Source: Eledone cirrhosa
Taxonomy: Eukaryota
Length of the DNA stretch: 64,000 nucleotides
Assembly (NCBI GenBank): GCA_964016885.1
Contig: CAXHJY010000973.1
Location: 124,001-188,000 of the forward strand
Reading direction: 5' to 3'
Under the pieces are notes generated by a model that was not told the origin of the DNA, did no database searches, and saw only the letters and a list, made by a program, of their open reading frames with translations. The translations under genes and the position numbers were made by a program. Positions 16,101 through 27,525 of the stretch are shown here, in pieces; position 1 is the stretch's first letter; each line of letters opens with the position of its first letter.

Positions 16101-16570
16101 CACATGTGAGAGTTAGGTCACTGGCATGTGACAGATACCTGTTATAATAGGGAGACATGTGAGAGTTAGGACACTGGCAGGTGACAGATACCTGTCATAA
16201 TAGGGAGAGATGTGAGAGTTAAGACACTGGCAGGTGACAGATACCTGTCATAATAGGGAGACATGTGAGAGTTAGGACACTGGCAGGTGACAGATACCTG
16301 TCATAATAGGGAGAGATGTGAGAGTTAGGACACTGGCAGGTGACAGATAGCTGTCATAATAGGGAGACATGTGAGAGTTAGGACACTGGCAGGTGACAGA
16401 TACCTGTTATAATAGGGAGACATGTGAGAGTTAGGAGACTGGCAGGTGACAGATACCTGTTATAATAGGGAGACATGTGAGGGTTAGGACACTGGCAGGT
16501 GACAGATACCAGTCATAATAGGGAGACATGTGAGAGTTAGGGCACTAGCAGGTGACAGATACCTGTTATA
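10200..16570. repeat. Higher-order duplication in array A, period 3491 bp (boundaries approximate)
   Basis: Rare markers recur at +3491: GAGGCATG 11201/14692, GGCAGGTCAC 11331/14822, GTTAGGTCAC 12621/16112. ORF pairs 10701/14192, 11060/14551 and 11900/15391 have the same offset. Confidence 0.85.
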
Positions 16571-19500
16571 ATAGGGAGAGGTGTGAGAGTTAGGACACTG
16601 GCAGGTGACAGATACCTGTTATAATAGGGAGACATGTGAGAGTTAGGACACTGGCAGGTGACAGATACCTGTCATAATAGGGAGAGGTGTGAGAGGACAC
16701 TGGCAGGTGACAGATACCTGTTATAATAGGGAGAGGTGTGAGAGGACACTGGCAGGTGACAGATACCTGTCATAATAGGGAGACATGTGAGAGTTAGGAC
16801 ACTGGCAGGTGACAGATACCTGTTATAATAGGGAGAGATGTGAGAGGACACTGGCAGGTGACAGATACCTGTTATAATAGGGAGAGGTGTGAGAGGACAC
16901 TGGCAGGTGACAGATACCTGTCATAATAGGGAGACATGTGAGAGTTAGGACACTGGCAGGTGACAGATACCTGTCATAATAGGGAGAGGTGTGAGAGGAC
17001 ACTGGCAGGTGACAGATACCTGTTATAATAGGGAGAGGTGTGAGAGGACACTGGCAGGTGACAGATACCTGTCATAATAGGGAGACATGTGAGAGTTAGG
17101 ACACTGGCAGGTGACAGATACCTGTCATAATAGGGAGAGATGTGAGAGTTAGGACACTGGCAGGTGACAGATAGCTGTCATAATAGGGAGACATGTGAGA
17201 TTTAGGACACTGGCAGGTGACAGATACCTGTTATAATAGGGAGACTGGCAGGTGACAGATACCTGTTATAATAGGGAGAGATGTGAGAGGACACTGGCAG
17301 GTGACAGATACCTGTCATAATAGGGAGAGGTGTGAGAGGACACTGGCAGGTGACAGATACCTGTTATAATAGGGAGACATGTGAGAGTTAGGACACTGGC
17401 AGGTGACAGATACCAGTCATAATAGGGAGAGATGTGAGAGTTAGGACACTGGCAGGTGACAGATACCTGTCATAATAGGGAGACATGTGAAAGGACACTG
17501 GCAGGTGACAGATACCTGTTATAATAGGGAGACATGTGAGAGTTAGGACACTGGCAGATGACAGATACCTGTTATAATAGGGAGAGATGTGAGAGTTAGG
17601 ACACTGGCAGGTGACAGATACCTGTTATAATACAGACACATGTGAGAGTTAGGACACTGGCATGTGACAGATACCTGTTATAATAGGGAGACATGTGAGA
17701 GTTAGGACACTGGCAGGTGACAGATACCTGTCATAATAGGGAGAGATGTGAGAGTTAAGACACTGGCAGGTGACAGATACCTGTCATAATAGGGAGACAT
17801 GTGAGAGTTAGGACACTGGCAGGTGACAGATACCTGTCATAATAGGGAGAGATGTGAGAGTTAGGACACTGGCAGGTGACAGATAGCTGTCATAATAGGG
17901 AGACATGTGAGAGTTAGGAGACTGGCAGGTGACAGATACCTGTCATAATAGGGAGACATGTGAGAGTTAGGAGACTGGCAGGTGACAGATACCTGTTATA
18001 ATAGGGAGAGATGTGAGAGGACACTGGCAGGTGACAGATACCAGTCATAATAGGGAGACATGTGAGAGTTAGGGCACTAGCAGGTGACAGATACCTGTTA
18101 TAATAGGGAGAGATGTGAGAGGACACTGGCAGGTGACAGATACCTGTTATAATAGGGAGAGGTGTGAGAGTTAGGACACTGGCAGGTGACAGATACCTGT
18201 TATAATAGGGAGACATGTGAGAGTTAGGACACTGGCAGGTGACAGATACCTGTCATAATAGGGAGAGGTGTGAGAGGACACTGGCAGGTGACAGATACCT
18301 GTCATAATAGGGAGACATGTGAGAGTTAGGACACTGGCAGGTGACAGATACCTGTTATAATAGGGAGAGATGTGAGAGGACACTGGCAGGTGACAGATAC
18401 CTGTTATAATAGGGAGAGGTGTGAGAGGACACTGGCAGGTGACAGATACCTGTCATAATAGGGAGACATGTGAGAGTTAGGACACTGGCAGGTGACAGAT
18501 ACCTGTTATAATAGGGAGAGATGTGAGAGGACACTGGCAGGTGACAGATACCTGTCATAATAGGGAGACATGTGAGAGTTAGGACACTGGCAGGTGACAG
18601 ATACCTGTTATAATAGGGAGAGATGTGAGAGGACACTGGCAGGTGACAGATACCTGTCATAATAGGGAGAGGTGTGAGAGGACACTGGCAGGCGACAGAT
18701 ACCTGTTATAATAGGGAGAGATGTGAGAGGACACTGGCAGGTGACAGATACCTGTCATAATAGGGAGAGGTGTGAGAGGACACTGGCAGGTGACAGATAC
18801 CTGTTATAATAGGGAGAGGTGTGAGAGGACACTGGCAGGTGACAGATACCTGTCATAATAGGGAGACATGTGAGAGTTAGGACACTGGCAGGTGACAGAT
18901 ACCTGTCATAATAGGGAGAGGTGTGAGAGGACACTGGCAGGTGACAGATACCTGTCATAATAGGGAGACATGTGAGAGTTAGGACACTGGCAGGTGACAG
19001 ATACCTGTTATAATAGGGAGAGATGTGAGAGGACACTGGCAGGTGACAGATACCTGTCATAATAGGGAGAGGTGTGAGAGGACACTGGCAGGCGACAGAT
19101 ACCTGTTATAATAGGGAGAGATGTGAGAGGACACTGGCAGGTGACAGATACCTGTCATAATAGGGAGAGGTGTGAGAGGACACTGGCAGGTGACAGATAC
19201 CTGTTATAATAGGGAGACATGTGAGAGTTAGGACACTGGCAGGTGACAGATACCAGTCATAATAGGGAGAGATGTGAGAGTTAGGACACTGGCAGGTGAC
19301 AGATACCTGTCATAATAGGGAGACATGTGAAAGGACACTGGCAGGTGACAGATACCTGTTATAATAGGGAGACATGTGAGAGTTAGGACACTGGCAGATG
19401 ACAGATACCTGTTATAATAGGGAGAGATGTGAGAGTTAGGACACTGGCAGGTGACAGATACCTGTTATAATACAGACACATGTGAGAGTTAGGACACTGG

Positions 19501-22500
19501 CATGTGACAGATACCTGTTATAATAGGGAGACATGTGAGAGTTAGGACACTGGCAGGTGACAGATACCTGTCATAATAGGGAGAGATGTGAGAGTTAAGA
19601 CACTGGCAGGTGACAGATACCTGTCATAATAGGGAGACATGTGAGAGTTAGGACACTGGCAGGTGACAGATACCTGTCATAATAGGGAGAGATGTGAGAG
19701 TTAGGACACTGGCAGGTGACAGATAGCTGTCATAATAGGGAGACATGTGAGAGTTAGGACACTGGGAGGTGACAGATACCTGTTATAATAGGGAGACATG
19801 TGAGAGTTAGGAGACTGGCAGGTGACAGATACCTGTTATAATAGGGAGACATGTGAGGGTTAGGACACTGGCAGGTGACAGATACCAGTCATAATAGGGA
19901 GACATGTGAGAGTTAGGGCACTAGCAGGTGACAGATACCTGTTATAATAGGGAGAGATGTGAGAGGACACTGGCAGGTGACAGATACCTGTTATAATAGG
20001 GAGAGGTGTGAGAGTTAGGACACTGGCAGGTGACAGATACCTGTTATAATAGGGAGACATGTGAGAGTTAGGACACTGGCAGGTGACAGATACCTGTCAT
20101 AATAGGGAGAGGTGTGAGAGGACACTGGCAGGTGACAGATACCTGTCATATTAGGGAGACATGTGAGAGTTAGGACACTGGCAGGTGACAGATACCTGTT
20201 ATAATAGGGAGAGATGTGAGAGGACACTGGCAGGTGACAGATACCTGTTATAATAGGGAGAGGTGTGAGAGGACACTGGCAGGTGACAGATACCTGTTAT
20301 AATAGGGAGACATGTGAGAGTTAGGACACTGGCAGGTGACAGATACCTGTTATAATAGGGAGAGGTGTGAGAGGACACTGGCAGGTGACAGATACCTGTT
20401 ATAATAGGGAGAGGTGTGAGAGGACACTGGCAGGTGACAGATACCTGTTATAATAGGGAGAGATGTGAGAGGACACTGGCAGGTGACAGATACCTGTTAT
20501 AATAGGGAGAGGTGTGAGAGGACACTGGCAGGTGACAGATACCTGTCATAATAGGGAGACATGTGAGAGTTAGGACACTGGCAGGTGACAGATACCTGTT
20601 ATAATAGGGAGACATGTGAGAGTTAGGGCACTAGCAGGTGACAGATACCTGTTATAATAGGGAGACATGTGAGAGTTAGGGCACTAGCAGGTGACAGATA
20701 CCTGTTATAATAGGGAGAGATGTGAGGACACTGGCAGGTGACAGATACCTGTTATAATAGAGACACATGTGAGAGTTAGGACACTGGCATGTGACAGATA
20801 CCTGTTATAATAGGGAGACATGTGAGCGTTAGGACACTGGCAGGTGACAGATATCTGTCATAATAGGGAGACATGTGAGAGTTAGGACACTGGCAGGTGA
20901 CAGATACCTGTTATAATAGGGAGAGATGTGAGAGGACACTGGCAGGTGACAGATACCTGTTATAATAGGGAGAGGTGTGAGAGGACACTGGCAGGTGACA
21001 GATACCTGTTATAATAGGGAGACATGTGAGAGTTAGGACACTGGCAGGTGACAGATACCAGTCATAATAGGGAGAGATGTGAGAGTTAGGACACTGGCAG
21101 GTGACAGATACCTGTCATAATAGGGAGACATGTGAAAGGACACTGGCAGGTGACAGATACCTGTTATAATAGGGAGACATGTGAGAGTTAGGACACTGGC
21201 AGATGACAGATACCTGTTATAATAGGGAGAGATGTGAGAGTTAGGACACTGGCAGGTGACAGATACCTGTTATAATACAGACACATGTGAGAGTTAGGAG
21301 ACTGGCATGTGACAGATACCTGTTATAATAGGGAGACATGTGAGAGTTAGGACACTGGCAGGTGACAGATACCTGTCATAATAGGGAGAGATGTGAGAGT
21401 TAAGACACTGGCAGGTGACAGATACCTGTCATAATAGGGAGACATGTGAGAGTTAGGACACTGGCAGGTGACAGATACCTGTCATAATAGGGAGAGATGT
21501 GAGAGTTAGGACACTGGCAGGTGACAGATAGCTGTCATAATAGGGAGACATGTGAGAGTTAGGACACTGGCAGGTGACAGATACCTGTTATAATAGGGAG
21601 ACATGTGAGAGTTAGGAGACTGGCAGGTGACAGATACCTGTTATAATAGGGAGACATGTGAGGGTTAGGACACTGGCAGGTGACAGATACCAGTCATAAT
21701 AGGGAGACATGTGAGAGTTAGGGCACTAGCAGGTGACAGATACCTGTTATAATAGGGAGAGCTGTGAGAGGACACTGGCAGGTGACAGATACCTGTTATA
21801 ATAGGGAGAGGTGTGAGAGTTAGGACACTGGCAGGTGACAGATACCTGTTATAATAGGGAGAGGTGTGAGAGGACACTGGCAGGTGACAGATACCTGTTA
21901 TAATAGGGAGAGGTGTGAGAGGACACTGGCAGGTGACAGATACCTGTCATAATAGGGAGACATGTGAGAGGACACTGGCAGGTGACAGATACCTGTTATA
22001 ATAGGGAGACATGTGAGAGTTAGGGCACTAGCAGGTGACAGATACCTGTTATAATAGGGAGACATGTGAGAGTTAGGACACTGGCAGGTGACAGATACCT
22101 GTCATAATAGGGAGAGGTGTGAGAGGACACTGGCAGGTGACAGATACCTGTCATAATAGGGAGACATGTGAGAGTTAGGACACTGGCAGGTGACAGATAC
22201 CTGTTATAATAGGGAGAGATGTGAGAGGACACTGGCAGGTGACAGATACCTGTTATAATAGGGAGAGGTGTGAGAGGACACTGGCAGGTGACAGATACCT
22301 GTCATAATAGGGAGACATGTGAGAGTTAGGGCACTAGCAGGTGACAGATACCTGTTATAATAGGGAGACATGTGAGAGTTAGGGCACTAGCAGGTGACAG
22401 ATACCTGTTATAATAGGGAGACATGTGAGAGTTAGGGCACTGGCAGGTGACAGATACCTATTATAATAGGGAGACATGTGAGAGTTAGGGCACTAGCAGG

Positions 22501-25500
22501 TGACAGATACCTGTTATAATAGGGAGACATGTGAGAGTTAGGGCACTGGCAGGTGACAGATACCTATTATAATAGGGAGACATGGGAGGGTTAGGACACT
22601 GGCAGGTGACAGATACCTGTTATAATAGGGAGACATGTGAGAGTTAGGGCACTGGCAGGTGACAGATACCTGTTATAATAGGGAGACATGTGAGAGTTAG
22701 GACACTGGCAGGTGACAGATACCTGTGATAATAGGGAGACATGTGAGAGTTAGGGCACTGGCAGGTGACAGATACCTGTTATAATAGGGAGACATGTGAG
22801 AGTTAGGGCACTGGCAGGTGACAGATACCTGTTATAATAGGGAGACATGTGAGAGTTAGGACACTGGCAGGTGACAGATACCTGTTATAATAGGGAGACA
22901 TGGGAGGGTTAGGACACTGGCAGGTGACAGATACCTGTTATAATAGGGAGACATGTGAGAGTTAGGGCACTGGCAGGTGACAGATACCTGTTATAATAGG
23001 GAGACATGTGAGAGTTAGGGCACTGGCAGGTGACAGATACCTGTTATAATAGGGAGACATGTGAGAGTTAGGGCACTGGCAGGTGACAGATACCTGTTAT
23101 AATAGGGAGACATGTGAGAGTTAGGACACTGGCAGGTGACAGATACCTGTTATAATAGGGAGACATGTGAGAGTTAGGACACTGGCAGGTGACAGATACC
23201 TGTTATAATAGGGAGACATGTGAGAGTTAGGGCACTGGCAGGTGACAGATACCTGTTATAATAGGGAGACATGTGAGAGTTAGGGCACTGGCAGGTGACA
23301 GATACCTGTTATAATAGGGAGACATGTGAGAGTTAGGACACTGGCAGGTGACAGATACCTGTTATAATAGGGAGACATGTGAGAGTTAGGACACTGGCAG
23401 GTGACAGATACCTGTTATAATAGGGAGACATGTGAGAGTTAGGGCACTGGCAGGTGACAGATACCTATTATAATAGGGAGACATGTGAGAGTTAGGGCAC
23501 TAGCAGGTGACAGATACCTGTTATAATAGGGAGACATGTGAGAGTTAGGGCACTGGCAGGTGACAGATACCTATTATAATAGGGAGACATGGGAGGGTTA
23601 GGACACTGGCAGGTGACAGATACCTGTGATAATAGGGAGACATGTGAGAGTTAGGACACTGGCAGGTGACAGATACCTGTTATAATAGGGAGACATGTGA
23701 GAGTTAGGACACTGGCAGGTGACAGATACCTGTTATAATAGGGAGACGTGAGAGATAGGACACTGGCAGGTGACAGATACCTGTTATAATAGGGAGACAT
23801 GGGAGGGTTAGGACACTGGCAGGTGACAGATACCTGTTATAATAGGGAGACATGTGAGAGTTAGGACACTAGCACGTGACAGATACCTGTTATAATAGGG
23901 AGACATGTGAGAGTTAGGACACTGGCAGGTGACAGATACCTGTTATAATAGGGAGACATGTGACAGTTAGGACACTGGCAGGTGACAGATACCTGTTATA
24001 ATAGGGAGACGTGAGAGATAGGACACTGGCAGGTGACAGATACCTGTTATAATAGGGAGAGATGTGAGAGTTAGGACACTGGCAGATGACAGATACCCGT
24101 CATAATAGGGAGACATGTGAGAGTTAGGACACTGGCAGGTGAAAGATACCTGTCATAATAGGGAGACATGTGAGAGTTAGGACACTGGCAGGTGACAGAT
24201 ACCTGTTATAATAGGGAGACATGTGAGAGTTAGGACACTGGCAGGTGACAGATACCTGTTATTATAGGGAGACATGTGAGAGTTAGGACACTGGCAGGTG
24301 ACAGATACCTATTATAATAGGGAGACATGGGAGGGTTAGGACACTGGCAGGTGACAGATACCTGTGATAATAGAGACATGTGAGAGTTAGGACACTGGCA
24401 GGTGACAGATACCTGTTATAATAGGGAGACATGTGAGAGTTAGGACACTGGCAGGTGACAGATACCAGTCATAATAGGGAGAGATGTGAGAGTTAGGACA
24501 CTGGCAGGTGACAGATACCTGTCATAATAGGGAGACATGTGAGAGTTAGGACACTGGCAGGTGACAGATACCTGTCATAATAGGGAGACATGTGAGAGTT
24601 AGGACACTGGCAGGTGACAGATAGCTGTTATAATAGGGAGACATGTGAGAGTTAGGACACCGGCAGGTGACAGATACCTGTTATAATAGGGAGACATGTG
24701 AGAGTTAGGACACTGGCAGATGACAGATACCTGTTATAATAGGGAGACATGTGAGAGTTAGGGCACTAGCAGGTGACAGATACCTGTTATAATAGGGAGA
24801 GATGTGAGAGTTAGGACACTGGCAGGTGACAGATACCTGTTATAATAGGGAGACATGTGAGAGTTAGGACACTGGCAGGTGACAGATACCTGTTATAATA
24901 GGGAGACATGTGAGAGTTATGACACTGGCAGGTGACAGATACCTGTCATAATAGGGAGACATGTGAGAGTTAGGGCACTAGCAGGTGACAGATACCTGTT
25001 ATAATAGGGAGAGATGTGAGAGGACACTGGGAGGTGACAGATACCTGTTATAATAGGGAGACATGTGAGAGTTAGGGCACTGGCAGGTGACAGATACCTG
25101 TCATAATAGGGAGACATGTGAGAGTTGGGACACTGGCAGGTGACAGATACCTGTTATAATAGGGAGACATGTGAGAGTTAGGACACTGGCAGGTGACAGA
25201 TACCTGTTATAATAGGGAGACATGTGAAAGGACATTGGCAGGTGACAGATACCTGTTATAATAGGGAGACATGTGAGAGGACACTGGCAGGCGACAGACA
25301 CCTGTCATAATAGGGAGACATGTGAGAGTTAGGACACTGGCAGGTGACAGATACCTGTTATAATAGGGAGACATGTGAGAGTTAGGACACTGGCAGGTGA
25401 CAGATACCTGTTATAATAGGGAGACATGTGAGAGTTAGGACACTGGCAGGTGACAGATACCTGTGATAATAGGGAGACATGTGAGAGTTAGCACACTGGC

Positions 25501-27381
25501 AGGGGACAGATACCTATTATAATAGGGAGACATGGGAGGGTTAGGACACTGGCAGGTGACAGATACCTGTCATAATAGGGAGACATGGGAGGGTTAGGAC
25601 ACTGGCAGGTGACAGATACCTGTCATAATAGGGAGACATGTGAGAGTTAGGACACTGGCAGGTGACAGATACCTGTCATAATAGGGAGACATGTGAGAGT
25701 TAGGACACTGGCAGGTGACAGATACCTGTTATAATAGGGAGACATGTGAGAGTTAGGACACTGGCAGGTGACAGATACCTGTTATAATAGGGAGACATGT
25801 GAGAGTTAGGACACTGGCAGGTGACAGATACCAGTCATAATAGGGAGAGATGTGAGAGTTAGGACACTGGCAGGTGACAGATACCTGTCATAATAGGGAG
25901 ACATGTGAGAGTTAGGACACTGGCATGTGACAGATACCTGTTATAATAGGGAGACATGTGAGAGTTAGGACACTGGCAGGTGACAGATACCAGTCATAAT
26001 AGGGAGAGATGTGAGAGTTAGGACACTGGCAGGTGACAGATACCTGTTATAATAGGGAGACATGTGAGAGTTAGGACACTGGCAGATGACAGATACCTGT
26101 TATAATAGGGAGACATGTGAGAGTTAGGGCACTAGCAGGTGACAGATACCTGTTATAATAGGGAGAGATGTGAGAGTTAGGACACTGGCAGGTGACAGAT
26201 ACCTGTTATAATAGAGACACATGTGAGAGTTAGGACACTGGCAGGCGACAGATACCTGTTATAATAGGGAGACATGTGAGAGTTAGGACACTGGCAGGTG
26301 ACAGATACCTGTTATAATAGGGAGACATGTGAGAGTTAGGACACTGGCAGGTGACAGATACCTGTTATAATAGGGAGAGATGTGAGAGTTAGGACACTGG
26401 CAGGTGACAGATACCTGTTATAATAGGGAGAGATGTGAGAGGACACTGGCAGGTGACAGATACCTGTCATAATAGGGAGACATGTGAGAGTTAGGACACT
26501 GGCAGGTGACAGATACCTGACATAATAGGGTGACATGTGAGAGTTAGGACACTGGCAGGTGACAGATACCTGTTATAATAGGGAGACATGTGAGAGTTAG
26601 GACACTGGCAGGTGACAGATACCTGTTATAATAGGGAGACATGTGAGAGTTAGGACACTGGCAGGTGACAGATACCTGTTATAATAGGGAGACGTGAGAG
26701 ATAGGACACTGGCAGGTGACAGATACCTGTTATAATAGGGAGACATGGGAGGGTTAGGACACTGGCAGGTGACAGATACCTGTTATAATAGGGAGACATG
26801 TGAGAGTTAGGACACTAGCACATGACAGATACCTGTTATAATAGGGAGACATGTGAGAGTTAGGACACTGGCAGGTGACAGATACCTGTTATAATAGGGA
26901 GACATGTGAGAGTTAGGACACTGGCAGGTGACAGATACCTGTTATAATAGGGAGACGTGAGAGATAGGACACTGGCAGGTGACAGATACCTGTTATAATA
27001 GGGAGACATGTGAGAGTTAGGACACTGGCAGGTGACAGATACCTGTTATAATAGGGAGACATGTGAGAGTTAGGACACTGGCAGGTGACAGGTACCTGTT
27101 ATAATAGGGAGACGTGAGAGATAGGACACTGGCAGGTGACAGATACCTGTTATAATAGGGAGACATGTGAGAGTTAGGACACTGGCAGGTGACAGATACC
27201 TGTTATAATAGGGAGACATGTGAGAGTTAGGACACTGGCAGGTGACAGGTACCTGTTATAATAGGGAGACATGTGAGAGTTAGGACACTGGCAGGTGACA
27301 GATACCTGTTATAATAGGGAGACATGAGAGAGTTAGGACATAACACACCAAGGGACCAAATTGTTACCAACATTTTTGATA

Positions 27382-27390
27382 ACTTACCTT
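27382..27390 (-). promoter_or_regulatory. 5' splice site (donor) AAG|GTAAGT
   Basis: Plus strand ACTTACCTT (27382-27390) reads AAG|GTAAGT on the minus strand, a perfect U2-type donor. The intron begins at 27387. Confidence 0.9.
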
Positions 27391-27525
27391 TTGAGGTTGA
27401 ACAATTAAGCCGTTCTCATCGATAGTTGACAGTTTTGACACATCCCCCACACCGCATGTAATGTCACCGTTACTATAGCCAAATAGATCTTCTGACGTAT
27501 CATCGTAATTATCATCATCTCCATC
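27388..27525 (-). CDS. NCAPH: Internal coding exon (138 bp, 46 aa, phase 0/0): DGDDDNYDDTSEDLFGYSNGDITCGVGDVSKLSTIDENGLIVQPQK; likely condensin complex subunit 2 (NCAPH/Barren/Cnd2 kleisin), C-terminal region
   Basis: Bounded by pyrimidine tract+TTCCAG| and AAG|GTAAGT. Length is divisible by 3 and only the phase-0 frame is open (the other two hit TAA or TGA). The peptide resembles the recalled vertebrate NCAPH segment 'DSDDEDLDDLF...ITTYGESNLVAEPQK' that precedes 'VNKIEIHYAKTAK'. Exon status is high confidence; gene identity is from memory, not a search. Confidence 0.6.

Larger units (their letters stand above)
1..27340. repeat. Tandem minisatellite/satellite array A, 53-bp unit with a common 49-bp variant, roughly 520 units, truncated by the window start; probably intronic
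   Basis: Consensus ATAGGGAGACATGTGAGAGTTAGGACACTGGCAGGTGACAGATACCTGT(T/C)ATA repeats head to tail. The 49-bp form lacks 4 bp (GAGTTAGGAC>GAGGAC). The last unit breaks off at ...AGTTAGGACA (27340). Copy number is estimated as length divided by unit size. Confidence 0.99.

Noticed and set aside
1503-26536. Many 66-112 aa minus-strand ORFs (SPYYNRYLSPAS.../TGICHLPVS)
   Set aside because: Translations of the 53/49-bp repeat. The unit is not a multiple of 3, and frames stay open only where 53+49=102 bp alternate.
1-27340. Telomeric repeat (TTAGG / TTAGGG in the unit)
   Set aside because: Only one pentamer or hexamer per 53 bp and never in tandem; not a telomere tract.
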